Assembly: GCA_038496445.1 (NCBI GenBank)
Contig: JALMLS010000100.1
Location: 1-64,000, forward strand
DNA length: 64,000 nt
Reading direction: 5' to 3'
DNA from: Trichosphaerium sp. ATCC 40318
Lineage: Eukaryota; Protista; Tubulinea
Part shown: piece after piece, positions 62,795 through 64,000 of the stretch
Position numbering within the stretch: position 1 is the stretch's first letter
How the letters are laid out: each line of letters opens with the position of its first letter
Made by a program: the position numbers and the translations under genes
The notes under the pieces: generated by a model
What the model saw: only the letters and a program-made list of their open reading frames with translations
What the model was told of the DNA's origin: nothing
Databases searched by the model: none

Positions 62795-64000
62795 ATGTCG
62801 AACCAAACTCCTGAAGATCTTGGAGAGCACATCCGCAACTTCGTTTTTATATTTCACGAAGGGGTAAAAACCAAGAATCTCTCATCCTTGACCACTGTAT
62901 ATCGCGAGACATGGAATAAAGTATCAGACGCTTATTTCAAGCAAAGTGAATGGCCTTCAATTGAGCAGATATCGCCACTTGTATCAGACGATGGTATGTT
63001 GAGAAACCAGAGCCATAAACCCAACAGGCGCCTCAAAGGCAATTGTTAGGCGTTAATTTCAAATTAATAGTTAATATTTACTAAATCTTCGATTAGAGCC
63101 AAGTAAAACATTATTCTTGCACCTCTACGCTGAGTTGTACTTTCGTCACTTGTATTCGCGATTACACAACCAACTCTCAACGGATCACCGCTTCAACGCT
63201 TGGAACAATTACAAGGCACTCTTCGACTTTATTCTAGGTCCGTACATAGCGTCACAAAAATATTAAGTGTCATTAGACCCTCAAAACGAATCTATACTCC
63301 CAGAACTTCCTACTTTGTGGCTCTGGAGCATGGTAACGCTAAAATTGGCCATTTAAATACTAATAACCGGATTGTGAAGGTTGACGAGTTTATTTACCAA
63401 TTCCAAGAGTTCTGCCAACACAGATACCAAGCCAAGAACGCTGAGGATATTAAAAAACTGCGTGACAACACTGAGGTAAGCCAAATAAAAACTGTAACAT
63501 TAAAAACGCAAATGTAACGCTTTAACTCATCAAATTTTAGCCATGGAATGTTCAAGCTGTTCTAACATACCTACAATCATTCGTTACAATTGGTAAAGTT
63601 GGCCCTTGGCTATCTGGAGGCACAAAACCGTAAGTTTAAAACGATCAATTTTTTATTTTTTTTTTGTTTTGGTACAGTGAATGCTGAGAAAACTTTCATA
63701 CGAAGCTCCTAAGAGTGTAATGTAGAACTTGTTTGATATCTGACACATTAATTTTTTTCTCCAAAAATTATCAGCTGATTGCATAGCAGTGCGTTTTATT
63801 AATTTATTATTTAAGTGAAGGTATTCCACAAGTTCAGATGTACCTTGGTTTCTTTAGTGTTGTTGGTCAACTACGTATTCACTGTCTATTGGGTGACTAC
63901 TACATGGCACTCAAATCTGTTGAAGATTTAGATTTGAATAAGAGAGTAAGCGCACAAGAGAGTTGTTGTTTTAATCGCTTATTTTTTTTTACAAGAGCTT
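62795..64000 (+). CDS. EIF3L: Translation initiation factor 3 subunit L (partial, runs off the window)
   Basis: LYAELYFRHLY, RFNAWNNY, LELP..WLW, DEFIYQFQEFC, GFFSVVGQLRIHCLLGDY. Confidence 0.95.

Overview
AT-rich, gene-dense eukaryotic DNA with many short (~40-60 nt) spliceosomal introns. The gene content (dynamin with a presequence, MORN-ART fusion, EYQGxxHY nuclease-repeat protein) suggests an amoebozoan-type protist, which is an inference. The window has two parts. (1) Positions 1-~10.7 kb are a transposon nest. A minus-strand non-LTR retrotransposon (ORF1 with an RRM-like C-terminus; ORF2 = APE endonuclease, reverse transcriptase, RNase H) is interrupted or bordered by five ~0.9-2 kb non-autonomous DNA elements. 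All five start with 5'-CAG. The four complete ones end in CTG-3' and have 2-bp target duplications of variable sequence. Each family has its own subterminal short-motif array and a central core that looks like an intron-containing, AATAAA-terminated mini transcription unit, partly homologous between families. Removing the four complete inserts restores the retroelement reading frames. The nest abuts and truncates an AGX1-like aminotransferase gene. (2) Positions ~10.7-64 kb hold about 25 tightly packed genes: CAPZB-like, SMP-C2, LRR pseudogene, RasGAP, ERI-type exonuclease, RPS15A, dienelactone hydrolase, RAB18, Myb, myotubularin, RhaT-like transporter, SDR, MORN-ART, aminotransferase, GLOD4, HIT-like protein, SEC61G, ANK-TBC, dynamin-related protein, EF-hand protein, RRM-AAA, TPX2-like and EIF3L. 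Ends of spliced genes were read by eye and are approximate.
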